Below the pieces are notes generated by a model. It was not told where the DNA came from. It ran no database searches and worked only from the letters and a program-made list of their open reading frames with translations. DNA of 64,000 nt from a virus. The position numbers and the translations under genes were made by a program. Positions 28,901-38,557 of this stretch are shown piece after piece. The stretch covers positions 15,653 through 79,652 of the IMG/VR virus record IMGVR_UViG_3300020411_001722. One strand, written 5' to 3'. Position 1 is the stretch's first letter. Every line of letters begins with the position of its first letter.

Positions 28901-29493
28901 GCGATAGTTGCAATATCGTCACCACGATAATAAACGCCATTATTATCTCCATCAAAAAATGACATCTGCCAGAAGTAGGCAGCACCAGTTAATTTAAATA
29001 TACCTGACGCTAATGGTTCATTGGCAGCAGTAATACCTAAACTACCAGAAGTAGTAGGATATGGTACATACTTAGGAACAATCTTTGTACGTCTTAAGTC
29101 TGATCCAACAACAGAACAACCTCTAGGTACAATAACTCCACCTTCAGCAGAATTAAACTTATAAAGTATATTTGATGAAGATGTGATATCGAAGTTTGTA
29201 TTAGCATCAAAAGGTTGAATCTGATTATAATCAGTTACACCTGGACGATTATCAATTACATATTCAGATGGATAGAGATAGATTGAAAATGCATCAAATT
29301 CATCATTACTTAATCCAACTCTATATGAAAATCGTGCTACTTCTAGGAAAGCACGTTGCAACGTCTTAAACGGACGTAACGCAGAGTTACCTCTATTATC
29401 GTATGCATCCGATGCATCAAAGTCGTCGGGGTTAACGTATATAATACGACCAGTCCTCGACGTTATGATATTTTTAAGACGTGTGAGTGCCAT
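25921..29493 (-). CDS. Large virion structural protein (tail/baseplate associated)
   Basis: N-terminal YVNPDDFDASD...RPFKTLQRA motif of cyanophage structural proteins; C-terminal LLVFLNGVCQVPGVDYTV domain. Confidence 0.8.
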   Translation of the reverse strand: MALTRLKNIITSRTGRIIYVNPDDFDASDAYDNRGNSALRPFKTLQRAFLEVARFSYRVGLSNDEFDAFSIYLYPSEYVIDNRPGVTDYNQIQPFDANTNFDITSSSNILYKFNSAEGGVIVPRGCSVVGSDLRRTKIVPKYVPYPTTSGSLGITAANEPLASGIFKLTGAAYFWQMSFFDGDNNGVYYRGDDIATIAPNYSHHKITCFTFATTDDLDLYYQKISKGYATIPDSSGLVAQDQIQARVEENRIVGPISDEFAISQIVRNGQTATAFTVDELGNPKNHGFSVGVAVNISGVTGPTEQDQLLYNGSFLITSAQGNQFTYQMASEPSGNALGSNILVKVEIDTVDSASPYVFNCSLRSVWGICGMHADGAKATGFKSMVVAQFTGISLQKDDRAFVLYNQSTSAYEPQAQGSGSHINGLAKHRKGWRSVHIKASNGAFIQVVSVFAVGFGDHFFADSGGDLSITNSNSNFGNTSLRSKGFRDSAFTKDKAGSVTHIIPPKSLADVAEVPINWVSLDIAKIRSAADSSKLYLYGYTSETAKPPSKVQGYTIGARRDSVSEPDKVYVLLKASGADNPTTHYANINPAGPTVTGQKPGDENSPIKWDPAQNNWYISVDSSANTIYTTLLANSLYQNLAFTPPTFVRRLPDPRNLKDRTYRFRYVLDKDAFPVPREPITGFVLQPRSSETNSPQYSKVYYIFEVETHIPFERGVTDGVYYLTILSASVTPSTDNFNDMAFSQQTSDVYPAFDRDNPAADPAAAVSVADNQIIGLVKTTDGASPTPAENTLLSITREAAQFFLLETENNLGYSTSANTLNNVSVVAGLGDEEERKIALKLNADLSVSPLLTELRRYSILRASGHTFEYLGFGPGNYSTAFPSTQVQVLTQAEVRLSQQLKEEAGVAYYTGVNSDGELFIGNQVINPVTGQITSEDIAQLNVVGEEGEIETFSEIVLTDKLTVIGGAANQLESVFSGPVTFQKKITSQENIQTIKQTFSNDDGTVLKQFFLAEELGTGLPDVQAGTAFNNGDICYNIDWTPGTPLGWIYDQGIWYKFGVSDSEDIKTTRFGGTTHFGLGESADASNRLRVNGNTTITGDLDVTGKYGCVDNYSLATGIANSNNGVMYNGDGSTSSFAITAGHTAYSLLVFLNGVCQVPGVDYTVTGNAVDFSVGTPPATGDKVQIRELVI

Positions 29494-29526
29494 TAATCTG
29501 TTCCTTCAGAGGTATTTATTGTGGAG

Positions 29527-31716
29527 TTATTCCTTCGGTAGGTGAATAATAGTGTAATCTGATGATGCAGTTTCAAAACCTTGAACTACAACACTAACAC
29601 CTGTACCTGATGCCCTTGCAATCAAATTCTGACCAGGACCAACGACAATTGCAGCATCACGTTGTTGTGTATTTGCAGCAACATCTAAGTCATAATGTAG
29701 ATAATCTTGATCTTCAATTGCAGTAACGTCAACATGAACACCAGTCGAAACAGTATCAACATCAAATGTCAAGTTCGCTGCTCCACCAGCACCAAGAACT
29801 GAGTCAGCAATAGTAATAGTTTCAGAGTTAACAAACCCCTTACCACCATCTACTATAGTTACAGTAGCAGCACCAGAACCATCAACTACAACATTAAATG
29901 TTGCATTAGTTCCACTGTTCTGTGCGGAATATGCTACAGAATTATATGTACCAGCAGTTCTACTACCATCTGCACCACTCTGAGAAGTAATGGTTAAAAT
30001 CTTACCAGTAACAACCTCTGTCAATACACGATTAGCAGCAATTTTAGTAGGAGTATCATATAACAAATCACCATTTGCAAATGCTTGAGATCCGTGCTGT
30101 AAAGATACCTTCAATAATGCATTAGCAGCGTCATAAGCATGTACATAACCATAAGGTCCAGGAGTTATACCACCTGATTGTACTGTTTGAGTACTACCAC
30201 CAATGGTGAATGTATCAGCAACAGCAAATGGTTGTGCTTGTAAATCATAGATAAAGATCTCTTCATATGCAGGTGCCAATACTGTAGAGAATTCAAAACC
30301 AGCACCCTCGTCAGCAGCAGGACCACCAGCAGTACCAGCGTCACTATATGCATATAAGGTTGTAGGTATGTTATCATCAATAGTTATTTGAGAATAAGAA
30401 CCCGCTTGACCAGCAGTACCAACTTTCTGAACACCAGTAGTAAATTCTGTACCAGTTGGGGAGTTTGCACCCTCTTCATTATCACTGGAGAATTTCAATG
30501 GGTGACCAGTATTACTTGCATCAACCTGATCAAACTTATAAACACGCTCATTATTTAAAATGATTGGTTCAACGATCTCATGATCTGTAGCAGCAACACC
30601 AGTAGTTGATAATACGAAACTAGGTGTTACTTGAACACTCTCTGACCCAACTATAAAGTTACAGGTTGCAGTTGCATTACTTGTACCAAAGGTAAGGTTT
30701 TCTCCCTCTGTGAAATAGTTCACGAGATAATCACCACCATCTGTAAGTACAGTAACAGCAGTACCATTATTATGATCTACATCCGCAGTACCATACATAC
30801 CACGTGTTACAGTTAAGTCATTACCATTGACATCTGTAACTTCTAGAATTTCATTTTCACATATAATAAATGCACCCGTAAGGAATCCCGTTGCATCTGT
30901 TATAGTTAAAGTTACATCACCAGCAGCATAAGTTGCACCTTCATTAATTGTCGAAGCAGTTGCAGAAACACTATATGCTTTCACAAATTCTCCTTCTTTA
31001 ATTGCTCTAGCAGTGGTTGCATGTGCACCACGTGTTACAGTCAATGTATTAGTAGATGTGTTAATACCACCACTATCAATAGTAATAATTTCAGTGTCAG
31101 CAGCACTCTTTAAACCAACAGTCAACTTCATTGCATCTGCAAGACCCGTGTTACGGGAAACTTTTATTGAAGTTGTACCTGAAGCAACGTCAGCAATCTC
31201 AATATGTGCTGTTTCATCTGCAGCAAGATAACCACGATTAGTTGCAGTTAATCCTGAAGTTGCACCTGTGATGGTTTCTCCACCAACAGGAATACCAACA
31301 ACACTATCAAGTGTAATATCAGAGATATCTACAAACTTAGTATAGTATGTGATGGTATCCGTAGGTTTAAATACATCGAGAATTTTTGCCTGTGCACCAT
31401 TATTAGTGGTGATCTGTGCACCAGGAATTGCTTCCTGATATGTAAATCCTGGACTGAGTTTTAGTTTATATCCACTAATAGGATTACCCTTTGTGAACTC
31501 ATGGGTGGAAGCAACACCACCATTGGAGTTCTCTTGTGGTCCCGATACTCGAAGAATTTGATCATAATCTCTTAATGCGAGACGATAATCCAGCACACCT
31601 GCTGTGCGGTTGGCAGCAGTAACGAGCACACTTGCTGTGTGATCAATATCTGCTGTATAAACCACTGTATTCGTAGTAGCGGCAAGATTTGTTGCTTTAA
31701 GTCTTCCTGCTGTCAT
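29527..31716 (-). CDS. Virion structural protein
   Basis: 729 aa, Thr/Gly/Ala-rich beta-type repeats (LTVTRG twice). Confidence 0.75.
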   Translation of the reverse strand: MTAGRLKATNLAATTNTVVYTADIDHTASVLVTAANRTAGVLDYRLALRDYDQILRVSGPQENSNGGVASTHEFTKGNPISGYKLKLSPGFTYQEAIPGAQITTNNGAQAKILDVFKPTDTITYYTKFVDISDITLDSVVGIPVGGETITGATSGLTATNRGYLAADETAHIEIADVASGTTSIKVSRNTGLADAMKLTVGLKSAADTEIITIDSGGINTSTNTLTVTRGAHATTARAIKEGEFVKAYSVSATASTINEGATYAAGDVTLTITDATGFLTGAFIICENEILEVTDVNGNDLTVTRGMYGTADVDHNNGTAVTVLTDGGDYLVNYFTEGENLTFGTSNATATCNFIVGSESVQVTPSFVLSTTGVAATDHEIVEPIILNNERVYKFDQVDASNTGHPLKFSSDNEEGANSPTGTEFTTGVQKVGTAGQAGSYSQITIDDNIPTTLYAYSDAGTAGGPAADEGAGFEFSTVLAPAYEEIFIYDLQAQPFAVADTFTIGGSTQTVQSGGITPGPYGYVHAYDAANALLKVSLQHGSQAFANGDLLYDTPTKIAANRVLTEVVTGKILTITSQSGADGSRTAGTYNSVAYSAQNSGTNATFNVVVDGSGAATVTIVDGGKGFVNSETITIADSVLGAGGAANLTFDVDTVSTGVHVDVTAIEDQDYLHYDLDVAANTQQRDAAIVVGPGQNLIARASGTGVSVVVQGFETASSDYTIIHLPKE

Positions 31717-31719
31717 TTG

Positions 31720-33054
31720 TTACCAACCTGCTTGGAAATAAGATTGTAGTCGTACTGAACCTGCTAATACAGGTGCAGCTAAAGGTCCACCGAAACTAAT
31801 AGCAACGTCACTTATATTGTTCGTTGATAGTAAAGTTGCGTCTGCATTTGGAAACTGTATCGTTACCGCATCGGTGATATTACTTGTGTCAATTGATACA
31901 CGACCATTAACCTCGGCAGGGTTATCAAAACTTGTGTTCTGTAAGATCTTGTTATTGACTATTTGTGTTGCCTGTTCAGCAACCAAAACGTTTGAGTTAC
32001 CTCCATTATTTAGAGGATATGCAATACTTCCTTCTGGGAATGTATAGTCTAAAGTGGAGTTCGTATTTAAGTTTGTAAGATTAATATTAATCTTCTTAGT
32101 TACGTCTGCTGTATCCTGTAGAACTGCACCAGCATATGCTTTGTTAGTTAATGTCTGTGTTGATGCTTCACCAACAACAATAACGTTAAGGTCTGGCCAC
32201 GTAACTGTTCTATCCTGTGTAATTAAACTTTGATCAAAGATAATTTTCTCAGTAGGATTATTAGGATCAGTAGATGGAGTTCCAGAGAACGTAGGGTTAA
32301 CCAAGTTCTTGCTACTAACATTCTGCTCTGTAATATCATCCAATAAAGTTGATTGAGTCTGAGCAGCACCAAAGTCAGGTAACTTATAAGTATGTGTACC
32401 TGGTGCTTCCCATGAGTCAGTTTCAAACTTCGCTACTTTAGATGCGTTTGATGAACCAATAACCTGAAAGTCTTGGTCTTTAATCAAGATCGTCTTATTA
32501 CTAATAGTCTGGACAGTATTGTCTGCTAAGAGAGTAGTAGATGTTAATGTACCAACATTCGGCATGTCGATACGACGTGTACCTGTCTGCGCAGATACCG
32601 TGTCAGCATTAAAGTAGAATTTCTTACCTGGGTTTTGTGCACCTTGAACAATAGTATTCTGGTCTGTAAATTGTGAAACACCATTCACAGTGAAAAATCC
32701 AGATCCCTGTGGAGTAATCTGGAAATTAGAATTGGATGATGCACTATCAATGACCCTTGCGGAAACAGTACTTGATCCATCATTGTTCGCTGTTCTATCA
32801 TAATATACCGAAGCACTACCAAAAGTAAGACCAATCTCATTAACTGATGATTGATATATTCCTGTATCTCGGTCAAGGTCAAAAGCTAGACCAGGGGCAG
32901 CAGCATCACCTGCTGCTACACCCCTGAACAATTGATTGATTTTTGCTTTTCTGTTAGGTATTAGAGGATCGGAGATCACGATAGGCATCACTGCCTCGCC
33001 TGTTACCAAATCATCTCCAATCGTATCTAACTGCGATATTCTTTTAGTTGCCAC
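31720..33054 (-). CDS. Virion structural/fibre protein
   Basis: KRISQL start, GDAAAPGLAF, repeated QTLTNK-like motifs. Confidence 0.75.
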   Translation of the reverse strand: MATKRISQLDTIGDDLVTGEAVMPIVISDPLIPNRKAKINQLFRGVAAGDAAAPGLAFDLDRDTGIYQSSVNEIGLTFGSASVYYDRTANNDGSSTVSARVIDSASSNSNFQITPQGSGFFTVNGVSQFTDQNTIVQGAQNPGKKFYFNADTVSAQTGTRRIDMPNVGTLTSTTLLADNTVQTISNKTILIKDQDFQVIGSSNASKVAKFETDSWEAPGTHTYKLPDFGAAQTQSTLLDDITEQNVSSKNLVNPTFSGTPSTDPNNPTEKIIFDQSLITQDRTVTWPDLNVIVVGEASTQTLTNKAYAGAVLQDTADVTKKININLTNLNTNSTLDYTFPEGSIAYPLNNGGNSNVLVAEQATQIVNNKILQNTSFDNPAEVNGRVSIDTSNITDAVTIQFPNADATLLSTNNISDVAISFGGPLAAPVLAGSVRLQSYFQAGW

Positions 33055-33080
33055 AGGGTACAGATATTATTCTACTGATT

Positions 33081-33088
33081 TATTTATA
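33081..33088 (-). promoter_or_regulatory. T4-type late promoter
   Basis: TATAAATA overlapping the HNH stop, upstream of structural genes. Confidence 0.65.
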
Positions 33089-33611
33089 CACGACTTTTCT
33101 TAAGATCGTTTGCTTTACGCATCCACTGATTAGTTGTGTAATCCTTCTCAGTAAGATTGTCTCCGTAGTTGTTCAATTTGTTGTCATCTGCGTGATCAAC
33201 TACAGGTGTCTCTGGCCAACGACCATTGTGTAGTGCAAATGCGACTGTGTGGAATTGAATGTTACGCTGTACAATTTTACCCGAAAAAGTTTTTCCAGTT
33301 ACCTGTACTGTACGATAGGTTTTCGCACCGTTCCAACCACCCTTAACTAGGTCACCGTTCTTCTTGTAGATGTTACCACGGCACTCAGCAGGTTTTCCCC
33401 ACTTAGCAACGTATGAAGGTGGACCAATTTGCTCTACAGTTGCACGAAGGTCATAGCGTGATTGTAGATCTCTTACATCTAATTCTCTGTACTTGTTGAT
33501 CTTCTTGAATACTCCTGCATCCTCAAGGAGTGCTCTGATGTCATAACCCGCTTCCTTTAATGCTTTTGCGGACTCTACGAGAGTATTGATTTGTGAAGTC
33601 ATGTCGTTCAT
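33084..33611 (-). CDS. Free-standing HNH endonuclease
   Basis: FHTVAFALHNGRWP...VVDHADDNKLNNYGDNL; start moved to the ATG at 33611, downstream of the promoter. Confidence 0.8.
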   Translation of the reverse strand: MNDMTSQINTLVESAKALKEAGYDIRALLEDAGVFKKINKYRELDVRDLQSRYDLRATVEQIGPPSYVAKWGKPAECRGNIYKKNGDLVKGGWNGAKTYRTVQVTGKTFSGKIVQRNIQFHTVAFALHNGRWPETPVVDHADDNKLNNYGDNLTEKDYTTNQWMRKANDLKKSRV

Positions 33612-33626
33612 TGATTTGATACCTAT

Positions 33627-33685
33627 AGTATAACCCAAAAGTTAAGACTATGCAACTCAAGTGGACGGTTCTTCATCTGTCCTCT
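33627..33685 (-). promoter_or_regulatory. Early promoter module E
   Basis: AGAGGACAGA-6-ACCGTCCACT, then TTGCAT-17-TATACT. Confidence 0.6.
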
Positions 33686-33762
33686 TCATATTATCAATAA
33701 CTGTCTGATAATCCTCCGCACTATCAAGGATTGCCTTCTTAAGATCTTCTAAAGACCAAGGT

Positions 33763-33963
33763 TCATTCTCCTTTCCTTCTGAGGGGGTCGTTGTGCTCAT
33801 GCATTACCTTGTCAATTTTCCTTTCTATATCTATGAGACATGCTTCCATATTCTCAGCATTACCTGTATAGAACTCCTGCTCATAAGCAATTAGAGTCCA
33901 ATGGAAGTCATCATGATATGAAATCTTGATATCAAGAGTTAAGTTCTGCTTCAAGTTCTCCAA
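33763..33963 (-). CDS. Hypothetical protein
   Basis: 66-aa ORF. Confidence 0.5.
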   Translation of the reverse strand: MENLKQNLTLDIKISYHDDFHWTLIAYEQEFYTGNAENMEACLIDIERKIDKVMHEHNDPLRRKGE

Positions 33964-34216
33964 GGGTTTCTCTCACATAATTTTGGGTTCCGACTGGATC
34001 AATAAATTCTTCTGGATTGGTAGGTAAGTCGGGTACCTCTCCTATAGGTGGATTAACTTCCCGACTAGGAAGTGGCACCATCATTACTCTGGATCCATCT
34101 TCTCTAATGATCTTGATGGATGTTCCTCTTGTTACGAGGTTTAGGCAGAATCCAAGATTTTCTACAATTTCAGTTTCACTGACTTCTACTACATTATTCA
34201 TTTGTATACAAAGCAA
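33932..34216 (-). CDS. Hypothetical protein, Phd/YefM antitoxin-like N-terminus
   Basis: VSETEIVENLGFCLNLVTRGTSIKIIREDGSRVMMVP fits the Phd pattern by eye. Confidence 0.45.
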   Translation of the reverse strand: MLCIQMNNVVEVSETEIVENLGFCLNLVTRGTSIKIIREDGSRVMMVPLPSREVNPPIGEVPDLPTNPEEFIDPVGTQNYVRETLGELEAELNS

Positions 34217-34395
34217 ATATCTTCACTGGGTAAACTCTCCACAATGTTAGTAATTGTTTCTTGAAATCCGTCAGCACCCTCCTCGTCAAACTTCCATTGA
34301 ATTTGTTCCTCAACACCATCACTAGCGAGTAGTGTCAGTGTTCTTCGAGGAATATTAATCCAAACGTGCTCTAGAGTAGACTCACTATCGGGCAT
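34198..34395 (-). CDS. Conserved hypothetical protein
   Basis: 65-aa ORF following gp5. Confidence 0.6.
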   Translation of the reverse strand: MPDSESTLEHVWINIPRRTLTLLASDGVEEQIQWKFDEEGADGFQETITNIVESLPSEDICFVYK

Positions 34396-34426
34396 AGATC
34401 AATCTCTGTTGTGGATTCAGTATACA

Positions 34427-37201
34427 CTAATTCAGGAGTAATGGCAACCCATACACCTGATTTGGACCTACAGCACACCCAAATGCAGCAAATCCAGTGT
34501 TGACTCCATAGGAGCAAAGTCCAGTGGTAGTCTGGTTTATGATGGCACCACTGCCACATGTTACAATTTCACCGATACCACCAGTAGGGGTGGATACAAA
34601 CGTGAAGTGAACGCCTGGTTGACCACCAGTCATAATGTCTGCAAACGCAGTAGGAACCACATTTGCTATGGACATACGAATCTGAGCAGCAGGTACAGAA
34701 CCAATTCCAGGTTGGTCAGTTGTTACATCAACAATAGCACCCTTAACAATATTATATTGTCCAGATAGAGTACTCATTGCATCAAACAATGCAACAAACT
34801 CAAAACGACCACAGTTTAAGAATGAAGTAATCCACTGTGCTTCATTAACTATCTCACCATCTGCACTATTAGTAATGTTATTACCTTCTATCTTAATCTG
34901 GTTACCATTCAACTTAAGGTTAGTAATGGCAGCAATATGAACTTGGTTACCTTGTATCCTAACGTCACCAGAATATGCTATATCATGGTCACCAGACTTA
35001 CGATCACCAGAACGCTGTTCAGTATCATCTGTAGTTGCAGTTTGTAGGGTTGAATATTTCATAGGTGGACTTACCCTACCAGAACCCTCTGGAATCATAG
35101 GTTTAAGATTTGAATAAAACTCCTCATCCTCCCTAAGAATCCTTTCTTCAAGTGTTTCAATACGACGTTGATGTGTTGCTAGATCACTGAAACGTATCAT
35201 TTCAGAAGAACTGCTACTATCACTACTACCACCACTATCACTACTACCACCACTGGTTGATGATCCAGAATCACCATCTAATGATGCTGAATCTGTTTTA
35301 GATGATCCAGATGCCTCTGCCTGTGGTCCATTACCTTGACTATTATTAATTGCACCCTCAACTTCTATATGCCAGTTACCATGAACCTTAAGATGATAAT
35401 CACCCTCAACTGTATGAATTAAATTCTTTTTAACGTTTACAGCATAGTCACGTGAGATAATCTTTGTTTGGTTATTAGGTACGTTGGTATGAATATTACC
35501 TTGGTTATCTTGGAAGTTGGATACACCACCTGGTCCTTGTTCAGCAAAGAACTCTTTACCCTTAGTAGCATTGTGTATGATACGACTACCATCAAGGAAT
35601 GACTGTACTTGCGTTACACGTGTATTGATACCCATGAATAGACTATCAATATAACCAGAAGCACTAGATATACCACCTTGATTAGTACCACTACCACCTG
35701 TAGATTCAGACCATGACTTAAGACTGGTTGGAACTGCTCCACCAGTAATAAACTCGGTTACATTTTCGCAATCAGTGGATCCTATTAGTGGGAACCACTG
35801 TTTAGTCTTCGGTTTCTTTATTTTCCTCCCACAATCCTTCTTGAATAATGCTCCAAGGATTGCCATGATGATACCAAGAAGACTTCCCCAATCAAGATTA
35901 GAGAAATCAACCTTGAATAACTTATCAAGTTGACCTGCTATCTTACCAATATTTTCAACTGCATTTTTAACTGCTGATATACCAGCAACAACAGTAGCAG
36001 CAACATCACGAACCTTACTTATTGCACTACTGATCTCACCTAAGATTTTATCTGTTACACCCTGTACCTTAGAAGCAATTGTAGATACAACACTGGTTAT
36101 CTTTTGAGACACCATACCTACAATTTGATCTGCAAATGCCGTAACATTAGTTAATGCACCTGATACCAGACTCAACCATGCAGGGTGTGGCATACAGAAC
36201 ATATCCAATATCATCCCTATAAGACTCAAAATTGCAGTGATAACACTAATAGGAATAAATTTTGATATTGCTTTGACTACTGCATTTACAATCTTGACCA
36301 TTACTTGTGCCAAGAATTCCTTTAATGGTGCAAGAATAGCAGATATTGCTGAAGAAATATAATTAGCAATATTACCTAGATGTTCTAAGATCTTATCACC
36401 ATTTACCCTGTGACCAGTAATCATAGAGATAAACTGACCATCACTTGCAGTTGCAAGACTTGCTGTCATATTACCCATCTCGGTCAACATACGAGTTAGA
36501 CCTTTCTCAAATCCTCCTCCACCTGGACCTTCTGCACCATTAGCAACCTCTTGTGATTCTGTAGGTGGTTTAATTGGGTTAGTTACAGAGTTACCTGGAG
36601 TTGTAATCTCAGCAGTGCTTAAACCTGCACCCCTAGATTCCTCTTGTCCACCTTGAGGTGTTGCTGATACCTGTGATTGATCTTTAACGAAAGGACCACC
36701 ACCGAAATTCTTTTCTCCTGTTAATGTCTCTTGCTGTGGAGTATTGGTTTGATGTTTATCAGCATTACTAATATCAGCAATGGTAGTTGCCTTTGTTGTC
36801 TCCGTTGCACCCTTCTCTTTACCACTTGCAGACTTCTGATCATCTGCTTGACGGAATCCACGGAATGAACCCATAACTACGGGTAATTGTGCTTCTTCCC
36901 CGTCTAAGAAGAATCCTAAAACAAATGCACCAGGTTGTAGTTCTGTTGTTGTACCAGCGTTCTTCGTTTGTGGTTTATCAGTTGGGAGAAGAACAGTTGC
37001 CCAAGGTAAATTCTCTGTAGGTAATGTCTTAGTATATGAATCTGCACCATTATTTGAATTGGCACCAGTGTACCAACCAATGATACGAACCTTGACCCTA
37101 CCTAGGTCAGAAGGATCATCTATATTTTCAACCTCGCCTACCCACCACGTGAATCCATCACGTCCAGCGAAGTCAGTTTTATAACCTTGAAATCCTTCCA
37201 T
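34427..37201 (-). CDS. gp5: Baseplate hub/puncturing device, gp5-like
   Basis: GRDGFTWWVGEVENIDDPSDLGRVKVRIIGWY...LPWA...VLGFFLDGEEAQLPVVMGS OB domain; C-terminal beta-helix repeats; no lysozyme motif seen. Confidence 0.88.
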   Translation of the reverse strand: MEGFQGYKTDFAGRDGFTWWVGEVENIDDPSDLGRVKVRIIGWYTGANSNNGADSYTKTLPTENLPWATVLLPTDKPQTKNAGTTTELQPGAFVLGFFLDGEEAQLPVVMGSFRGFRQADDQKSASGKEKGATETTKATTIADISNADKHQTNTPQQETLTGEKNFGGGPFVKDQSQVSATPQGGQEESRGAGLSTAEITTPGNSVTNPIKPPTESQEVANGAEGPGGGGFEKGLTRMLTEMGNMTASLATASDGQFISMITGHRVNGDKILEHLGNIANYISSAISAILAPLKEFLAQVMVKIVNAVVKAISKFIPISVITAILSLIGMILDMFCMPHPAWLSLVSGALTNVTAFADQIVGMVSQKITSVVSTIASKVQGVTDKILGEISSAISKVRDVAATVVAGISAVKNAVENIGKIAGQLDKLFKVDFSNLDWGSLLGIIMAILGALFKKDCGRKIKKPKTKQWFPLIGSTDCENVTEFITGGAVPTSLKSWSESTGGSGTNQGGISSASGYIDSLFMGINTRVTQVQSFLDGSRIIHNATKGKEFFAEQGPGGVSNFQDNQGNIHTNVPNNQTKIISRDYAVNVKKNLIHTVEGDYHLKVHGNWHIEVEGAINNSQGNGPQAEASGSSKTDSASLDGDSGSSTSGGSSDSGGSSDSSSSSEMIRFSDLATHQRRIETLEERILREDEEFYSNLKPMIPEGSGRVSPPMKYSTLQTATTDDTEQRSGDRKSGDHDIAYSGDVRIQGNQVHIAAITNLKLNGNQIKIEGNNITNSADGEIVNEAQWITSFLNCGRFEFVALFDAMSTLSGQYNIVKGAIVDVTTDQPGIGSVPAAQIRMSIANVVPTAFADIMTGGQPGVHFTFVSTPTGGIGEIVTCGSGAIINQTTTGLCSYGVNTGFAAFGCAVGPNQVYGLPLLLN

Positions 37202-37214
37202 TAATAATACAACC

Positions 37215-37691
37215 CTACGATTTATTTATTCGAGTGAACATGAACTCACCTTCCTCTTCGGATTTACCCCATTTAAATTCTTTAGTTACAAGATCAAGTC
37301 CAGTGTCCCTAGACCTATACTCAGTACCATTGAAACGAACATGAGATTTAACCAGTGAATTATTTAGAATACAATCCTTACTAGGTTCACCCCACCACCA
37401 TCCATTAAAAAATCCCCAATGCCAATCACATGCTGGTTCACCTGTTAATGTATTAAGTGAAGTAGTATGGCAATTACCATCCTCATCATATCTATACGAC
37501 AAATGAAAGACCCCATATGGATCCTCTTCTCCCTTATATTTGTACCACGATTTAAGTTCTACTATACCATCTTCAACTAAAGAATTTCTAATGATGATAT
37601 GTGGCCAAAGAGAAGGGTTACTCTGTGCCTGTTTCTTGTTCTCGTACTTCCCCTGAATCATCAGGTGGAACTGGTCGCATTGTGTAATCAT
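37215..37691 (-). CDS. cpeT: CpcT/CpeT-family phycobilin lyase
   Basis: GKYENKKQAQSNPSLWPHI...SWYKY...PY...YRSRDTG...WG...F.F. Confidence 0.8.
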   Translation of the reverse strand: MITQCDQFHLMIQGKYENKKQAQSNPSLWPHIIIRNSLVEDGIVELKSWYKYKGEEDPYGVFHLSYRYDEDGNCHTTSLNTLTGEPACDWHWGFFNGWWWGEPSKDCILNNSLVKSHVRFNGTEYRSRDTGLDLVTKEFKWGKSEEEGEFMFTRINKS

Positions 37692-38256
37692 ACCAACCTG
37701 TTGCTATTATCTTAGTTTCATTAGGTGCAGGTATTCCCTGATGAAAATGTGTCCAATCTGCTGGCCAAAGTATTGTTAAACCTTTAACTGGTTTTATCTT
37801 TGCTTCTTGTGTTGGAAAGTATGTATATCCTCCTTCATCTACTGTATTTAAATAAGTCATCCATGCCATTACTCTCTGAGAAACCTCATATTGACTTGCC
37901 ATCTTTTCAGTATGCATCTGAAAGAAACCTCCACCAGGTTCATACTTCTGAACATTAAAAGGTGAAATAAGATCCCAAGAGATCTTACCAAAGAAAGGAT
38001 ATCTATTAATATATTCTACCGTAACTTCCCCTAATTGGTCAAGATAATCCTGTACTCTCTTATCCTTTAAATGTACAGGAATAGTCATATCTATGGAATC
38101 TTTTACCTTCTTATCAACCCCATGTCCACACGATCCTGGTTCTCTCAGTAAATAATCGCATGTATTATAAAAGTCCACGAGACCATCGCAGACTTCTTCA
38201 GGGATTTTAGCACCCGCAATAAAACTCTTGGGTGCATCTACTTCAATCAGATCCAT
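37618..38256 (-). CDS. 2OG-Fe(II) oxygenase
   Basis: QKYEPGGGF..HTE...WMTYLN...GGYTYF...WPADWTHFHQG...KIIATGW. Confidence 0.88.
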   Translation of the reverse strand: MDLIEVDAPKSFIAGAKIPEEVCDGLVDFYNTCDYLLREPGSCGHGVDKKVKDSIDMTIPVHLKDKRVQDYLDQLGEVTVEYINRYPFFGKISWDLISPFNVQKYEPGGGFFQMHTEKMASQYEVSQRVMAWMTYLNTVDEGGYTYFPTQEAKIKPVKGLTILWPADWTHFHQGIPAPNETKIIATGWYDYTMRPVPPDDSGEVREQETGTE

Positions 38257-38269
38257 AATAAATTAAAAG

Positions 38270-38527
38270 TTATTCGTCGTAAACTCTACACTCCTCAGCG
38301 TCAGGATGATTATCACAATAGATCTCAAGTTTAGAGTCCTGATGTCTTAAGTGCCAGTCATTAATACCAGTCTCAGGTTCATCATTCTTATGATACTCTT
38401 CATAATAAGCATGGGATGATTCTAAGTCTGCCTTAGTATACTCTATCTTACCATGATTAATATGTTCCTTGCCATCTTTAGGATCAAGGTAAACTTCGTG
38501 GTCTAAATCGTGCTTAATGTCTGCCAT
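38270..38527 (-). CDS. cp12: CP12-domain protein
   Basis: C-terminal LEIYCDNHPDAEECRVYDE. Confidence 0.8.
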   Translation of the reverse strand: MADIKHDLDHEVYLDPKDGKEHINHGKIEYTKADLESSHAYYEEYHKNDEPETGINDWHLRHQDSKLEIYCDNHPDAEECRVYDE

Positions 38528-38557
38528 AGAACTAATAGCGTACTTAAATATTTAGTA

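Noticed and set aside
35205-35260. Short tandem repeat CACTACTACCACCACT
   Set aside because: Encodes the Ser/Gly linker in gp5; low-complexity coding sequence.
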